A DNA stretch of 55,145 nt, filler included, from Bipalium vagum (lineage: Eukaryota): the NCBI GenBank assembly GCA_037834085.1. It is 3 parts of 3 records of this genome, joined end to end, with 100 filler letters (N's around TTAATTAATTAA, not from the genome) between each part and the next. Parts side by side here need not be neighbours in the genome. Positions count along the whole stretch, not along the records: positions 38,872 to 55,145 come from JBBMKC010119086.1; 2 more parts are not named here. One strand, written 5' to 3'. The notes beneath the pieces are model-generated. The model made no database searches and was not told where the DNA came from. It was given only the letters and a program-made list of their open reading frames with translations. Shown here piece by piece: positions 53,140 to 55,145 of this stretch. Both the position numbers and the translations under genes were made by a program. Each line of letters starts with the position of its first letter. Within the stretch, counting starts at the first letter, position 1.

Positions 53140-53305
53140 TATTATAATATTGATGATTATTATAATTATTATTATTACCAATTTCGTTAGACCAACATTT
53201 TATTTCGACCAAACAATGTTGCACTGACAGGTTACTATTAAATTCATTGTCAATTTAGAACTTAGAAAATGTGAATATGTTTTCTGAACATACTGAAAAA
53301 AATTA

Positions 53306-53341
<36 letters not shown>

Positions 53342-53509
53342 CTACTACATTATATTAATTGGTTTACAATCGATTAAGATGTGATGTTTCTTTAGATAAG
53401 TGCAGCCAATCGACCATAAATGCATTTTTGAACTCATGTATAATTTCACTTTAATTGTTCACTTTCTTTTTATAGAGATCTCGATACGAATCACGAATTA
53501 TTATTTTTT

Positions 53510-53950
53510 TGAATATTCCTTAATCCCAACTGTGACAGTTATCTCTCGCTTACCTTTATTGACCTTTGCTCGCCCGCTATAAATTTGCTATACTGTTTCT
53601 AGTGTGCTATCATTTACGCATCGCAAATTGTCTTCACATCTCTCTAATACCGTTCTTCTCAATTGTCTTGCAATCCTCCCACTCATCACGCTGATTTGCG
53701 CCACGGTTTTCAATAAAAGATTGAACGTCTGTCCCTGCAACATAATTGTAACACTCGGCCTTCTCGCATTTTCTCATAGGCTATTATATTGTTCTGCCCC
53801 TCATTACTCATGCTTTTTGCTCCATCATGTCATCGATCATAGCACAAATAAGAGTTTTGTGCATATTTTGAAAATATCGGCGGTATTGGATGATAAATAC
53901 TTCTAGATCATCGGAACGATTCAGCATTACTGGATAAAGTTTCCTTACTA
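53510..53950 (-). mobile_element. Gypsy retropepsin (aspartic protease) remnant
   Basis: RPSVTIMLQGQTFNLLLKTVAQISVMSGRIARQL matches the RP.V...G.....LLDTGA.ISV.S pattern with the catalytic DTG decayed. Confidence 0.6.
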
Positions 53951-55111
53951 ACGGGACTGCTGGTACGGTTAATTTGTTCAAACTAAATGTAAAATCAATA
54001 ATTAACTCTAAAATGTATTTACTTAAATTCTTGGTCTTACGTAAAAAAATCAGTAATTTAAAACAATTTTAATTATTGATTTTACTGAATTAAGATTATA
54101 TAAAATTTATATATATACCTATACCTTTATACCTATACCTATTTGTTCCTTTTGATCTACGTTACTTCAACTCTTTATGACATCATCTCTTCTTATATTA
54201 TGAAGTAATATTTTTAAATATATATTTTTTATCTTTTATTATTAAATTATTTTATATTATAATTTATTTTTTTTAACTAATTAACTAATGATATTTTGAA
54301 GGTTACATGTTTTATTAGTTGAGTCATAAGGTCAATTTTTACATATTTATTTATTATATTTATCTTAGGTCTCCAAACGCCGAAGGTCTATCTATCCTCA
54401 GTTACGAATAATTATTCATTTTTGAAATAAAAATTATTATATTATTTTATATTATTTTTTTAAGATTTCTCTGCCAGAATCAAATTTTAACAGTTACTTT
54501 TTTATTTTATTTTATTTTATTTTATTCATTCTTTTTTAAATATTTTATTATTTAAAAAATTATATTTTTTAAAATGTGTATGCATAAGCAATTTATACTA
54601 ATTAATGTATCATACCTTGATTAATAAAACACTTTGTCATGCTTTAATTCTTTGTTAAATAAAAACAATTATTGTAATGCTAAAATTTTTCAAGATCAAG
54701 ATAATTTGATTGATGTTGACCGATGCTAGAAATATAGGATTGATACTGTGAGTATTGCAGGATTGACTCAGTGTTGGATTTGTACTGAAGTTCAGGTTTA
54801 TCTTCTTTTTCTCTTGGATTTCCACAAAGAGTTCCCTGTTCATTTGATTCTAATTTTGCCAGAATCTTAAGAACAGTTAAGTGTGGATAATGAAATTTCA
54901 AAAAACGAATTATATCTTTGGGTCACCTTCAATTACCGCAATAATTTCATTTTCTTATTGGAATTTCAACCCATTTCTTTTTTGTCTTATCTACAATGAA
55001 ATATATTAAATATTATCATAAGCTCAGTAATTAATGTATTATTGTTTTTAACATTCTTTAAATGTTACTATTGTGTAAACAAAAGTACAATTTTTGATAT
55101 TAAGCGATTAA

Positions 55112-55116
<5 letters not shown>

Positions 55117-55145
<29 letters not shown>
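55117..55145. repeat. (TA)n microsatellite
   Basis: Direct reading of the sequence. Confidence 0.9.

Noticed and set aside
54600-54990. Coding-like minus-strand stretch (also 27230-27600, 29230-29750, 51400-51800)
   Set aside because: Probably decayed TE sequence, but no diagnostic motif allows assignment.

Overview
AT-rich eukaryotic genomic DNA with short (about 50-65 nt) GT-AG introns. It is most consistent with a freshwater planarian, inferred from a SMEDWI-2/PiwiB-like PIWI and the transposon content. Four host genes are visible. (1) A PIWI-clade Argonaute (+), whose likely true start lies in a 10-nt micro-exon missed by the ORF track (about 829 aa, intact DEDH tetrad). (2) A complete 7-exon TOM70 (+, 569 aa). 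(3) The CUT-domain exon of a ONECUT/HNF6 gene (+; homeobox exon not found). (4) The first exon of a natriuretic-peptide-receptor/receptor guanylate cyclase-like gene (-). The rest is a dense transposon graveyard: many Tc1/mariner/pogo remnants and MITEs, hAT, Gypsy fragments, a NeSL/R5-like RLE non-LTR element, two related LTR-like units in inverted orientation, a decayed tRNA-Ala, and two unannotated Polinton/adintovirus-like remnants (penton-like and pPolB). Two 100-nt N44-TTAATTAATTAA-N44 spacers are artificial joins, so linkage across them is unproven. I found no complete novel multi-gene system. The best leads are the endogenous Polinton-like fragments, the PIWI micro-exon, the inverted LTR-like pair with conserved motifs, and short locally templated insertions.
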